Positions 1 to 10,068 of a stretch of DNA of 32,000 nt are shown here, in pieces (position 1 is the stretch's first letter; every line of letters starts with the position of its first letter). Position numbers and translations under genes: made by a program. Location of the stretch: positions 330,001 through 362,000 of the forward strand of contig NC_004459.3 of assembly GCF_000039765.1 (NCBI RefSeq), given 5' to 3'. The notes below the pieces were generated by a model. That model searched no databases, was not told the origin of the DNA, and was given only the letters and a program-made list of their open reading frames with translations. The stretch is from Vibrio vulnificus CMCP6. GTDB lineage: Bacteria; Pseudomonadota; Gammaproteobacteria; Enterobacterales; Vibrionaceae.

Positions 1-639
1 GCAGAATTTGACTGGCGCTTAATTGCCGCTCTGGCGTACCAAGAATCACATTGGAATCCCCTCGCGAAATCGCCGACCGGTGTGCGCGGTATGATGATGC
101 TGACGTTGCCGACTGCGCAAAGTGTTGGGGTAAAAAACCGCTTAGACCCAGAGCAGTCTATCCGCGGTGGCGTTGAATATCTGCGTCGTATTGTCGCTCG
201 TGTACCTGAATCGATCCCTCAACATGAGAAAATCTGGTTTGCTTTAGCATCCTACAACGTTGGCTTTGGTCATATGATGGATGCACGCCGTTTAACCAAA
301 CGACAAGGTGGCGATCCAGATTCTTGGGGAGATGTGAAAGAGAGACTGCCGCTATTAAGACAGAAGAAGTATTTCAGCCAAACTCGCTACGGTTATGCCC
401 GTGGAGACGAGGCGAAAAATTACGTTGAGAATATCCGCCGCTACTACCAAAGCATCATTGGTCATGTGGGACAAAACTCTCTGATTGCGAGCGATCAAGA
501 GGGCGAAATTCAAGTGATCCCGCCACTCGAAAACAGTGAGCTAGTGGCAGCTAGCGACATTGACGCTGCAGAAAACGAAGCTCTGTCGCCAGATGTCGGT
601 GTCAGCCAAGCGACACTCACCACAGAAGTCCAACCTTAA
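1..639 (+). CDS. mltF: membrane-bound lytic murein transglycosylase F, C-terminal part (5' end outside window)
   Basis: Frame 1 is open from nt 1 ([34 protein letters not shown]...). It contains the SLT-domain catalytic E-S motif (YQES) and the SYNVG motif. Stop at 637-639. The ORF-track Met at 82 is internal. Confidence 0.85.
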   Translation, partial: AEFDWRLIAALAYQESHWNPLAKSPTGVRGMMMLTLPTAQSVGVKNRLDPEQSIRGGVEYLRRIVARVPESIPQHEKIWFALASYNVGFGHMMDARRLTKRQGGDPDSWGDVKERLPLLRQKKYFSQTRYGYARGDEAKNYVENIRRYYQSIIGHVGQNSLIASDQEGEIQVIPPLENSELVAASDIDAAENEALSPDVGVSQATLTTEVQP

Positions 640-897
640 GAGCAGAAGTGGAGCGATTTTTGTAAAAGTCGATTGCTTTTTATCGGCAACTTTATCTAAA
701 ATCGCTCTTCTGAATTAAGCTAAGCGGACCACTTCGGTCGTTCTAAATCTTAGCGTCACTTTCCAAGCGTCAAGCTTGTACTGAAAGAGTTCATATTTAG
801 CCACCCCAAAGACTGCTCTTAAAGCCAAGGCTCTAAAGAATGCGGAGACGTTATCGTCGTCGTTAAGGGGATTATTTATCGTCAGTAGGAGGTCGTT

Positions 898-1035
898 GTG
901 TTAAGACGTCGCGTCCAATCCAAACGCCTGAACAAAACTGTAGCGGCTAACCGACGTAAACGTAAGTTAGCGAATACAAAAAGAAAAATTAGCGCTCGCA
1001 ATCGCATTTTTGTGCACCTTGTGAACCACGCTTAA
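898..1035 (+). CDS. candidate 45-aa highly basic small protein (below ORF-track size cutoff)
   Basis: GTG at 898 follows a perfect AGGAGG (887-892) with a 5-nt spacer. Translation is VLRRRVQSKRLNKTVAANRRKRKLANTKRKISARNRIFVHLVNHA*, with 16 of 45 residues Arg/Lys. TAA at 1033-1035 is followed by the hairpin at 1045-1074. No family recognised. Confidence 0.4.
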   Translation: MLRRRVQSKRLNKTVAANRRKRKLANTKRKISARNRIFVHLVNHA

Positions 1036-1044
1036 TTGATGAGT

Positions 1045-1074
1045 AAACATCTGCACCATGAAACGCAGATGTTT
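1045..1074. terminator. bidirectional stem-loop between the convergent small ORF and tadA
   Basis: AAACATCTGC (1045-1054) pairs with GCAGATGTTT (1065-1074). This gives a 10-bp perfect stem with a 10-nt loop. Confidence 0.5.
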
Positions 1075-1085
1075 GCTACTACTCT

Positions 1086-1631
1086 CTACTTTTCTTCCTC
1101 GTCCACATCTTCATGATCACTTTGAGTCTGCTGCTCCTTCTTCAACGCCTTGATCTCTTTTCGACGGCGCTTAAAAAAGGCCTGTAACTGCTCACGACAT
1201 TCCAACTCTAACAATCCTTTTTCGATGGTTGCGTAGTGATATGCCGCTTGACTAGAAAACAGATCGAGTACCGTCCCTGCCGCCCCCGCTTTCAAATCAG
1301 GAGCACCAAAGACAATGCGTTTCACACGGCTATGCAGCAGTGCGCCCGCACACATTGGGCAAGGCTCTAAGGTGACGTACAACGTGGTGTCAAGCAGACG
1401 ATAGTTACCCAGACTCTGCCCAGCTTGGCGTAAGGTCTGTATTTCTGCATGGGCCGTTGCATCATGTTGACCAATCGATTGATTCCACCCTTCAGCAATC
1501 ACTTCGCCATCTTTGACCAGTACCGCGCCAACAGGCACTTCCCCTTCACTTTCAGCAATCGCGGCAAGCTCAATCGCTCTGCGCATAAAAACTTCATCTT
1601 GAAGTGAAAAGGGTTGATGTGTCTCTGCCAT
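1086..1631 (-). CDS. tadA: tRNA adenosine(34) deaminase
   Basis: 181 aa, colinear with E. coli TadA. Carries the CDA zinc motifs HAE (TAHAEIQ) and PCPMCAGA, plus the basic C-terminal FFKRRRKEIK. Confidence 0.92.
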   Translation of the reverse strand: MAETHQPFSLQDEVFMRRAIELAAIAESEGEVPVGAVLVKDGEVIAEGWNQSIGQHDATAHAEIQTLRQAGQSLGNYRLLDTTLYVTLEPCPMCAGALLHSRVKRIVFGAPDLKAGAAGTVLDLFSSQAAYHYATIEKGLLELECREQLQAFFKRRRKEIKALKKEQQTQSDHEDVDEEEK

Positions 1632-1667
1632 GTTTACCTCTATCGTCTGGGTTGGGGATTATAGCGG

Positions 1668-2555
1668 TTATGCGGCTGCAGATAAATGTTGTGCCAGATG
1701 ATCCACCAGCAAACGAACTTTCGGCGATAAATGTCGATTGTGTGGATACAGCGCCCAAACCCCTTCACGATCATCACGAAAATGCGCCAGTACTTCGATA
1801 AGTCGCCCTGCGTGCAAGTGCTCATCAACGTAGTAATCCGGTAACTGAACCAAACCAATCCCTTTCAGAGCGGCATCCAATAGCACAACACCACTAGAGC
1901 AACGAATACGCCCATTCACTTTAATGGAACGACCTTGATGATTCTCTTTGAAACGCCAATGATCGTGGGTACCGATCAGGCAGTTGTGTGACGACAAATC
2001 CGATAACGTGTGAGGCATGCCATGCTGTTCAAAATATTCTGGCGTCGCACAAACATGCAGATGACGATCACTTAGTCGACGCGCCATGGAACTAGAATCT
2101 TCAAGCTGACCCAGCCGAACCGCGATATCCACACCCTGCTCAATCAAGTCGAGCTTTTGGTTGGTGAGCACTAACTCTAAATCAATTTTAGGGTAACGAA
2201 TCAGAAAGTCATTCAGCAACGGCGCGATCTTTTGCTCACCGTAAGTGACCGGGGCGGTAATTCTTAATTTCCCTTGTGGCGTCTGCTGCATTTGTGTCAC
2301 GGCTAGCTCCGCTTGATGAAGCCCTTCCAATATGCTGCGACAATGCTGAACGTAGATCTGCCCAGCCTCAGTCAGTGACACTTTTCTTGTTGAGCGCAGT
2401 AACAGCTTCACACCTAACCGCTCTTCCAGTTGTCCGACTCGGCGGCTCACATTTGCGACCGATGTTTCTAAGCGCGTGGCGGCCTGAGTGAAGCTGCCGC
2501 TTTCGGCCACCGCAACAAACTCGTTCACACCTTCCCAATGAATATTGGCCATCAC
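1668..2555 (-). CDS. LysR-family transcriptional regulator, divergent from frmA
   Basis: 295 aa. N-terminal LysR wHTH (FVAVAESGSFTQAATRLETSVANVSRRVGQLEERLG) and a typical substrate-binding domain length. AAGGAG-like RBS upstream. Shares a 149-bp divergent region with frmA. Confidence 0.9.
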   Translation of the reverse strand: MMANIHWEGVNEFVAVAESGSFTQAATRLETSVANVSRRVGQLEERLGVKLLLRSTRKVSLTEAGQIYVQHCRSILEGLHQAELAVTQMQQTPQGKLRITAPVTYGEQKIAPLLNDFLIRYPKIDLELVLTNQKLDLIEQGVDIAVRLGQLEDSSSMARRLSDRHLHVCATPEYFEQHGMPHTLSDLSSHNCLIGTHDHWRFKENHQGRSIKVNGRIRCSSGVVLLDAALKGIGLVQLPDYYVDEHLHAGRLIEVLAHFRDDREGVWALYPHNRHLSPKVRLLVDHLAQHLSAAA

Positions 2556-2692
2556 ACTTCTCCTTCACATTCATTATTACTCATGTGTAAAAGTCATTCT
2601 CAATTTAACAGGATTATAAAACAATTTGGAATGACTATACTGAAATTCTTGGTTCGGTGTGCCTATACGCCACCGCTTAGTTAGACGCTTAA

Positions 2693-3835
<1,143 letters not shown>

Positions 3836-3852
3836 CCCCTCCCCTATTAACA

Positions 3853-3874
3853 TTGGCGAGCTTCGGCTCGCCAA
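3853..3874 (+). promoter_or_regulatory. intercistronic stem-loop with a TTCG (UUCG) tetraloop between frmA and fghA
   Basis: TTGGCGAGC-TTCG-GCTCGCCAA forms a 9-bp perfect stem. It ends immediately before the fghA RBS (AAGGAG). Confidence 0.4.
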
Positions 3875-3884
3875 AGGAGCAAGC

Positions 3885-4730
3885 ATGGTTTTGACCCACC
3901 TTAGCCAATCAAAAGTTTTCCAAGGTTGGCACAAGCAGTACCAACATCACTCAAGCACGCTTAATTGCGAGATGCGATTTGCGATTTTTTTGCCTCCCCA
4001 AGCCACCAACCATCACAAAGTACCCGTCCTGTATTGGTTATCCGGCCTCACCTGTAGCGACGAAAACTTTATGCAAAAAGCGGCTGCATTTGAAAAGGCG
4101 GCAGAGCTAGGTATGGCTATTGTTGCCCCCGATACCAGCCCCAGAGGTGAAGGGGTCGCCGACGATCCCGATGGGCACTATGACCTTGGTCTTGGCGCTG
4201 GATTTTACCTTAATGCCACTCAAACGCCGTGGAAAAAGCATTATCAGATGTACGACTACATCGTGAGTGAGCTGCCTCAGTTAATTGAAGCTAATTTTCC
4301 TGTCACGGAAAAAAGGGCCATTGCAGGACACAGTATGGGAGGACACGGCGCTCTGACGATTGGGATTCGCAATCCAGAGCGATATTGCTCTATTTCCGCA
4401 TTCAGTCCAATTTGTCACCCCACTAAGGCACCTTGGGGGCAAAAAGCCTTTCGCCATTATTTAGGGGAAGAGACTGAACAATGGGCACAATACGATGCCG
4501 TTGAACTGCTCAAAGAGCATTGCCTTACACGCCCGTTGCTGGTCGACCAAGGTGCTGCCGACCCCTTCTTAGAAGAACAACTGCAAATTGAGACGCTGCA
4601 ACAAGCGTTACAAAACGCTCCTGCACATACTCAAATTCGCCTGCAGCCGGGGTACGATCACAGCTATTTCTTCATCCAAAGCTTTATTGCGGACCATCTC
4701 TCCTTTCACTGGCAACACCTTTGCGCATAA
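3885..4730 (+). CDS. fghA: S-formylglutathione hydrolase (esterase D family)
   Basis: 281 aa. Serine hydrolase nucleophile motif GHSMGGHGAL and esterase-D-like N-terminus (FQGWHKQYQHHSSTLNCEMRFAIFLPP). Directly downstream of frmA. Confidence 0.9.
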   Translation: MVLTHLSQSKVFQGWHKQYQHHSSTLNCEMRFAIFLPPQATNHHKVPVLYWLSGLTCSDENFMQKAAAFEKAAELGMAIVAPDTSPRGEGVADDPDGHYDLGLGAGFYLNATQTPWKKHYQMYDYIVSELPQLIEANFPVTEKRAIAGHSMGGHGALTIGIRNPERYCSISAFSPICHPTKAPWGQKAFRHYLGEETEQWAQYDAVELLKEHCLTRPLLVDQGAADPFLEEQLQIETLQQALQNAPAHTQIRLQPGYDHSYFFIQSFIADHLSFHWQHLCA

Positions 4731-4733
4731 CGT

Positions 4734-4761
4734 AAAAAAGCCTGCTGAAGCAGGCTTTTTT
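4734..4761. terminator. bidirectional rho-independent terminator (fghA / AbgT-family gene)
   Basis: AAAAAAGCCTGC-TGAA-GCAGGCTTTTTT. The stem is flanked by an A-run and a T-run. Confidence 0.8.
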
Positions 4762-4775
4762 CTTATCCAATGGTA

Positions 4776-6335
4776 TTACATTGTGTAGGTGTATGGCGCT
4801 TGAACACCCAGCGGAATACCCACTGCCCAGTAAGCAAGCAAGAAGATCGTCCAACCAATCAGCATCGCAATAGAGAATGGCATCATCAGTGATGCAAGCG
4901 TACCGATACCGGTTGATTTCACGTAACGTTGACAGTAAACAACAACGAGTGGGAAGAACACCATCAAAGGTGAAATGATGTTGGATACAGAGTCACCCAC
5001 ACGGTAAGCCGCTTGAGAAAGCTCTGGAGAAATACCCACAGCCATTAGCATTGGAACTAGGATAGGACCAATCAATGCCCACTTAGCCGATGCTGAACCG
5101 ATAAGTAGGTTCACTGACGCCGTCAGCAGAATCATACCAACGATGGTCGCTTCACCCGGCAGGTTCATCGCTTTCAGACCTTCAGCGCCGTAAAGCGCCA
5201 ACATGGTACCGATGTTTGACTGAGCAAATGCCGACAAGAACTGTGCACAGAAGAACGACATCACAATGTATGCGCCCATCGTCGACATTGTTGTTGCCAT
5301 CGCTTTGATGATGTCGTTACTGGATTTGAACGTGCCAGACACACGACCGTAGACATAACCAGGGATGATAAACAGGATGAAGATCAATGGCACAATTGAC
5401 TTCATGATCGGAGCAGAGAACGCCGTAATTTCACCATTTGGTGAACGCAGCGCTGAGTTTTCAGGCCAGATAGCCGCGATAAGCAGCGCAATACCTGCCA
5501 TCATCGCCCAACCAGCGTAACGGAACGCTTTCGATTCTAACTCGGTGAATGAACCAAGATCCGGTGCTTTTTCCGCATCGTCATCAATCGGAGTACTCGC
5601 TAGACGAGGCTCGATGATTTTCTCTGTCACATACCAGCCAATCGCAATGATGATCACCGAAGAAAGACCAGTGAAGAAAATGTTCGCCAGTGGGTTAACC
5701 ACGTATGCAGGATCCAGAACCTGAGCTGCCGTTTGTGTAAAGCCAGCCAATAGAGGGTCGATACCTGAAGGGATAAAGTTGGCCGAGAAACCACCTGATA
5801 CACCCGCAAACGCAGCCGCGATACCCGCAAGAGGGTGACGACCTGCCGCATGGAAAATGATACCACCTAGAGGAATAACCAGTACGTAGCCTGCATCCGC
5901 TGCGGTGTGCGATACGATCGCCACCAAAATCAGCATAGGAGTCAGAAGCTTAGCTGGCGTGAAATTCAGCATCTTCTTAAGGCCTGTGGTAATAAAGCCT
6001 GAAGAGTCCGCAACACCGACACCAAGCATCGCCACTAACACGATCCCTAGAGGTGCAAAACCAGTAAACGTGGTCACCATGTTTGCAAGGAAACTGGCTA
6101 ATGATTCACCGGTTAGAAGGTTTTTGATTGCAAGAGCGTCGCCAGTTCGAGGATTGATAAGATCAAACGAAACGTTTGACAAAAGTGCAGACGCAGCCCA
6201 AGTAATCACTAGTGCCCAGAAGAACAAAATCGCAGGATCTGGGATCTTGTTCCCTACCCTTTCGATGAAGTTCAAAAAACGATCCATACCGCTCGGCTTC
6301 GGCGATGGCGCTTGATTTACAGCTTGGTTACTCAT
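4776..6335 (-). CDS. AbgT-family (p-aminobenzoyl-glutamate / MtrF-type) transporter
   Basis: 519-aa polytopic membrane protein. The N-terminus FIERVGNKIPDPAILFFWALVI resembles the AbgT signature (ERxGNKxPxP). GGAG RBS. Confidence 0.8.
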   Translation of the reverse strand: MSNQAVNQAPSPKPSGMDRFLNFIERVGNKIPDPAILFFWALVITWAASALLSNVSFDLINPRTGDALAIKNLLTGESLASFLANMVTTFTGFAPLGIVLVAMLGVGVADSSGFITTGLKKMLNFTPAKLLTPMLILVAIVSHTAADAGYVLVIPLGGIIFHAAGRHPLAGIAAAFAGVSGGFSANFIPSGIDPLLAGFTQTAAQVLDPAYVVNPLANIFFTGLSSVIIIAIGWYVTEKIIEPRLASTPIDDDAEKAPDLGSFTELESKAFRYAGWAMMAGIALLIAAIWPENSALRSPNGEITAFSAPIMKSIVPLIFILFIIPGYVYGRVSGTFKSSNDIIKAMATTMSTMGAYIVMSFFCAQFLSAFAQSNIGTMLALYGAEGLKAMNLPGEATIVGMILLTASVNLLIGSASAKWALIGPILVPMLMAVGISPELSQAAYRVGDSVSNIISPLMVFFPLVVVYCQRYVKSTGIGTLASLMMPFSIAMLIGWTIFLLAYWAVGIPLGVQAPYTYTM

Positions 6336-6614
6336 GGTAACTCCATAATCAATGATGTTGGTGCCAATGGCTTCTTAAAATTATTGTTTCAGCCTATTTT
6401 TCAACGTTTGATTCTATTAAATCCGTTTAAGAAAAGCACAAGGTTCCGAAAGTTTTTCCATATTTGGAGACATATTTTGCAAAAACACAATCAATGTGCA
6501 ACAAATTAAATACAATCAAAAACCCTTTTTTGAAACAAAAACGACACCATATTGAAATACATCACGATAACAACTGAAGCACCTGCCACCATTTAACCAC
6601 TCAATATCAACTCA

Positions 6615-7031
6615 TCACATATCAAATTCGCTGTATTTGGAAATCATTGTTTTAAGCTCAATAGAGTGCGAATCACCTAGCCGATCCGTCCACGTAGTTT
6701 TTATCTCTATTGTTTTTAAGGCACCGGAAACACTACTGCTAGGAACATTCCAATACACGTTGTAACCACTAGCAACAGCAGAACTTCCCGCAGAGAAATC
6801 TGTCGAAAAGTCAGCCCCAGAAATAGATGACATAGCATCAGAAATACCACGTGTCCGAAACCATTCGAGTTTTTGTTCTGCTAAGTTGAGCGCCTCAATG
6901 CTCCTCTCAGCAAAATCAGCTTTACGCTCCATGTACACTTGAAGTTTTATCAACCCCAAGGCTCCGATACCAATAAGTAGAAAAGAGATCAGCACTTCTA
7001 TCAAACTGAAACCACTTTGCTTACAAATCAT
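6615..7031 (-). CDS. type IV pilus minor pilin, PilV-like (last gene of operon)
   Basis: Prepilin signal MICKQSG|FSLIEVLISFLLIGIGALG, with Gly-1, Phe+1 and Glu+5. Start chosen at Met15 of the ORF (7031), overlapping the upstream gene by 11 nt. Confidence 0.7.
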   Translation of the reverse strand: MICKQSGFSLIEVLISFLLIGIGALGLIKLQVYMERKADFAERSIEALNLAEQKLEWFRTRGISDAMSSISGADFSTDFSAGSSAVASGYNVYWNVPSSSVSGALKTIEIKTTWTDRLGDSHSIELKTMISKYSEFDM

Positions 7032-8319
7032 TCCAGCTCCCCTTCTCCCATGCGTAAAAAATAACGGGATCAACCACCTCTTCTATATTGTCTCTATTGA
7101 AAGCAAAGTTCAGTGAGTTTGCGAAGTAAGCTGCATAGCTTGGACTATCTAAAACTTGCCCTCCAGAGAAAGTGAATGCCCCTCTTTGAAAATAAACAAT
7201 TCGGTTTTTACTCAACCCTGTAAAGTGAACAACCTCTGCAAAATGATCTTTTGCTTCAAAGTTATCCCAAAGAGTATCTAAGTTAGTTGGTGCTGTTGTA
7301 TGAAGTTGATACAGCATTCCAGGAAACGTCATCGCGCCATGTGCAGCAAAAATGCCGTTGTGCACTAGTAATAAAACAGGATCCCCTCCCGAACTAACAA
7401 AAGCCTCGGAAATATGATCGATCCCACCTTTAATCGGGTTACCGTTTGAATCGGTTGGATAATTACCATTAATTTTTGTGGAAGACGTAAATTCACACGA
7501 ACCCGTTACCCATATTCTTCGCTTACCTGCGTTTATCTGATCAGCCACTTTTTTTCCACAATCCGTAACTATCTGATCCAACACGTTGTCAAAATTTACA
7601 GTGGCAAAGTTGAGATTAGTTTTTACGCTACTCCAATTGGATCTCTGCACTCTGAAAAGATCATAGAAAGGCTCCAGAGCGCCATCCTGAATAAAATCAT
7701 CACCATATCCAGTATCTGCGGAGATATTGGTCTTGTGCGAAGCTTTACAATCTTTAGATTTATGATTGAAGCCTTGATATGGAACACTGCCATGTATCAC
7801 GCCTTGGTTAGTGGCGCCTGATCTAGAGTGAAATGCACTTTTGTAACGGATTGCTGTACATTCCCATCCATCATCAAAATCACCAGGATCAGGTGTAGAA
7901 AAAGTAGCACTACCGTTGATATAGAGATCGGAGCTACTTTTCAGAGCACCGCTAGATGCACCACGACTCAGTTTAAGAGTTTTGCTTATCGTCGCATGTC
8001 CGCTAGAGGCTACTTTGCTCGTAATTTTATTGTTGCTATCGATAGCAAGATTAGACAGTCCTAATGGGTTTTTACACGTAGAAGGAAAAAGAGTAGTTGC
8101 AGCAAGAATATCACCTTGCTGTCTGACAAGCGCAAACGCGCACTCCAATCCCCCCTCCGCTTTCCAGTAACTTTGCCGTGACAATACCTCATTTTGCGCT
8201 CGTTTGATTTGATAAAGCAATGTTTTATAACTACCTAAAGTCGCCATGAGTGCAGCGATCAGCAATACACTCGTAACAAGCAAGGTCGTCGCACCTTGTT
8301 CACGATTTATCATTGCCAA
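7021..8319 (-). CDS. large PilX-N-like minor pilin / pilus-associated protein
   Basis: 432 aa. The N-terminus MAMINREQGATTLLVTSVLLIAALMATLG is typical of PilX_N-type proteins. Overlaps both neighbours, which suggests translational coupling. The rest is unrecognised. Confidence 0.55.
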   Translation of the reverse strand: MAMINREQGATTLLVTSVLLIAALMATLGSYKTLLYQIKRAQNEVLSRQSYWKAEGGLECAFALVRQQGDILAATTLFPSTCKNPLGLSNLAIDSNNKITSKVASSGHATISKTLKLSRGASSGALKSSSDLYINGSATFSTPDPGDFDDGWECTAIRYKSAFHSRSGATNQGVIHGSVPYQGFNHKSKDCKASHKTNISADTGYGDDFIQDGALEPFYDLFRVQRSNWSSVKTNLNFATVNFDNVLDQIVTDCGKKVADQINAGKRRIWVTGSCEFTSSTKINGNYPTDSNGNPIKGGIDHISEAFVSSGGDPVLLLVHNGIFAAHGAMTFPGMLYQLHTTAPTNLDTLWDNFEAKDHFAEVVHFTGLSKNRIVYFQRGAFTFSGGQVLDSPSYAAYFANSLNFAFNRDNIEEVVDPVIFYAWEKGSWNDL

Positions 8320-8987
8320 TTCCTCTGCGTTACTGAGAATGAAACGTTTTCTTTACTGGATGGGAGGTCGGTCAAGCGCGTAATCAATTCAATATCAAAA
8401 TAAGCTGACGTCGCACCACCACCCGCTATATTTTTCTGCACTACATTGAATGCCTCTACCTGGATCTGGCTAGCCACAAATAAAGAATTACAGGAGTTTA
8501 CAAATGAACCGGCAAAATTGCTCGCTTGAGCTGTCGTAATCAAATAATCTAACTCCTTTTCACATATTCTAAGAATGTGACTATCATTATCTCTTTGTTC
8601 ATAAACTACATTCTTATATAGCGGCGTTGCTCCAGACATTTTGGTAAAATAAGCGTAAGCAATTAACCCCTCATCTGCACTATTGTGTGAATAGATCACC
8701 GTGGTTGCCCCTGATAGTCTGACCGTTTGACCATTACTTCCATCATAGCCAGCTCTCAACATGTCTGAATGCATCATCTGCGTAACACTCCTTGTGTTTT
8801 GCAATAACATCAAATCTTTGCTGCGCTTCGCTGACGCATTTTGTCCTTGAATAAAAATCGAACCAACAACACCTAATGCAAACAAGCCAATAGTTGCGGA
8901 TATCATAAATTCGACCAACGAGGCACCTAACTGCCTCTTACGTTGAAAAGAAATTTGTTTAGCAACGAGGGTAGCCATAGTATTCAT
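8310..8987 (-). CDS. type IV pilus minor pilin, PilW-like
   Basis: Prepilin-like N-terminus ...KRQLG|ASLVEFMISATIGLFALGVV with Glu+5. Start is ambiguous (Met at 8987 or 8978). Overlaps the upstream FimT-like gene. Confidence 0.6.
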   Translation of the reverse strand: MNTMATLVAKQISFQRKRQLGASLVEFMISATIGLFALGVVGSIFIQGQNASAKRSKDLMLLQNTRSVTQMMHSDMLRAGYDGSNGQTVRLSGATTVIYSHNSADEGLIAYAYFTKMSGATPLYKNVVYEQRDNDSHILRICEKELDYLITTAQASNFAGSFVNSCNSLFVASQIQVEAFNVVQKNIAGGGATSAYFDIELITRLTDLPSSKENVSFSVTQRNWQ

Positions 8988-9471
8988 CACTCTGGTTATC
9001 ACTACATAGGCGGAAACGGGCAGAACGATTATGCGCAATTAACTTAATTGCTTTCGTAGATTCACCTGTAGGGTAAAAACGGATGTTGCCCTGACTAGGA
9101 CGGCCATAAACACCATCAAAACTGATCTGATCAGACGGGAACTGCGATTTAACTAATACTCCTTTGTAAGGAGCACCCGAAAGATTAAGCAAGACAGTAC
9201 CAATTCCTGGAGTTGCATTGTCAGTAAGTTCAATTTTCCAAGTCCCTAAACTATCCCCATTAGCTGCGATGGAAATATGTGCCCAAAGATTTTGTCGACG
9301 TAATACAGCCTCCGATTTTGCTTGGATAACAAAGCCATGCAATTCATTTCCTAGTCTCTGCATTTTGGTTGTATTCGTAACACCAGTAAAACTAGGTACT
9401 GCCCAAGCTAAAATTACAGCCAGTACAGCCACTGTAATTAAGAGCTCCAAAAGTGTGAAGCCGCGAGTCAT
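8959..9471 (-). CDS. type IV pilus minor pilin, FimT/GspH-like (first gene of operon)
   Basis: MTRG|FTLLELLITVAVLAVILAWAVPSF is a canonical class III signal with Phe+1 and Glu+5. Start chosen at Met15 of the ORF (9471). Confidence 0.7.
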   Translation of the reverse strand: MTRGFTLLELLITVAVLAVILAWAVPSFTGVTNTTKMQRLGNELHGFVIQAKSEAVLRRQNLWAHISIAANGDSLGTWKIELTDNATPGIGTVLLNLSGAPYKGVLVKSQFPSDQISFDGVYGRPSQGNIRFYPTGESTKAIKLIAHNRSARFRLCSDNQSDEYYGYPRC

Positions 9472-9573
9472 TTCCCAAATTCCTATGTAATCTATTGCTA
9501 AGCAACAATTCAACTTGCACCAATGCTAGCACCATAGAAAAATAGGAGGAAAATCAACGAGGAAGTGTTCGTG

Positions 9574-10008
9574 ATGATTCGAAATTTTCCCTGCAAACAC
9601 TACAATAAACACTCATCTGGTATGACATTGATCGAATTATTAATCGCAGTAGTCATCGTGGGGATCTTGGCAAGCATCAGCTACCCGAGCTACAAAAATT
9701 ATGTGATCGAGTCGCATAGAACAGTAGCCAAAGCAGATATGGCGAAAATTCAGTTGGAGCTGGAACGTAGCTACAATAGTGGTTATCAATGGACGCAAAT
9801 CCTATCCGGCAGCACTTGCCTGATATGTGACTCTCTCTCGGAGAGATATACATTTTCTGTTGCCAGTTCTGCAACCATTTCATATACCATTACAGCGACA
9901 GCGAAAACCGATAAAGGTCAAAGCAACGATCCTTGCCTAGCCAATGAAACGATAAAAAAAATGACGCTCGATTCAACCAACCAAGCAAAACCAACGGCTT
10001 GTTGGTAA
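9574..10008 (+). CDS. type IV pilin, PilE-like, divergent from the minor-pilin operon
   Basis: Prepilin motif SSG|MTLIELLIAVVIVGILASISYPSYKNY with Glu+5. C-terminal Cys pair (C123...C146 in ORF numbering). GAGGA RBS upstream of ATG 9574. An alternative GTG start lies at 9565. Confidence 0.75.
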   Translation: MIRNFPCKHYNKHSSGMTLIELLIAVVIVGILASISYPSYKNYVIESHRTVAKADMAKIQLELERSYNSGYQWTQILSGSTCLICDSLSERYTFSVASSATISYTITATAKTDKGQSNDPCLANETIKKMTLDSTNQAKPTACW

Positions 10009-10010
10009 CA

Positions 10011-10045
10011 AAAAAGCCCGTTTGGCATCACCAAACGGGCTTTGT
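10011..10045. terminator. bidirectional rho-independent terminator (pilE-like / dnaJ)
   Basis: AAAGCCCGTTTGG-CATCA-CCAAACGGGCTTT forms a 13-bp perfect stem. Confidence 0.8.
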
Positions 10046-10068
10046 CGTACTGAACTCTTATCGCATGA

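Noticed and set aside
644-711. Nested hairpins after the mltF stop: AGAA..GAGCGATTTT pairs with AAAATCGCTCTTCT, enclosing GTCGAT...ATCGGC. Further downstream there are short direct repeats (AGCGTCA x2, CTCT(T)AAAG x2).
   Set aside because: This is most simply the mltF terminator plus the promoter and leader of the small basic ORF. There is no evidence for a distinct RNA gene.
2593-2635. Inverted repeat GTCATTC...GAATGAC (29-nt spacing) in the LysR/frmA divergent region, as a possible LysR binding site.
   Set aside because: It does not fit the usual compact T-N11-A LysR box, and the spacing is atypical. Noted only as a candidate.
9516-9531. TGCAC-N6-TAGCA in the divergent pilin promoter region, as a possible CRP-S/TfoX-dependent competence site (TGCGA-N6-TCGCA).
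   Set aside because: Only 7 of 10 half-site positions match, which is too weak to call without comparative or experimental data.
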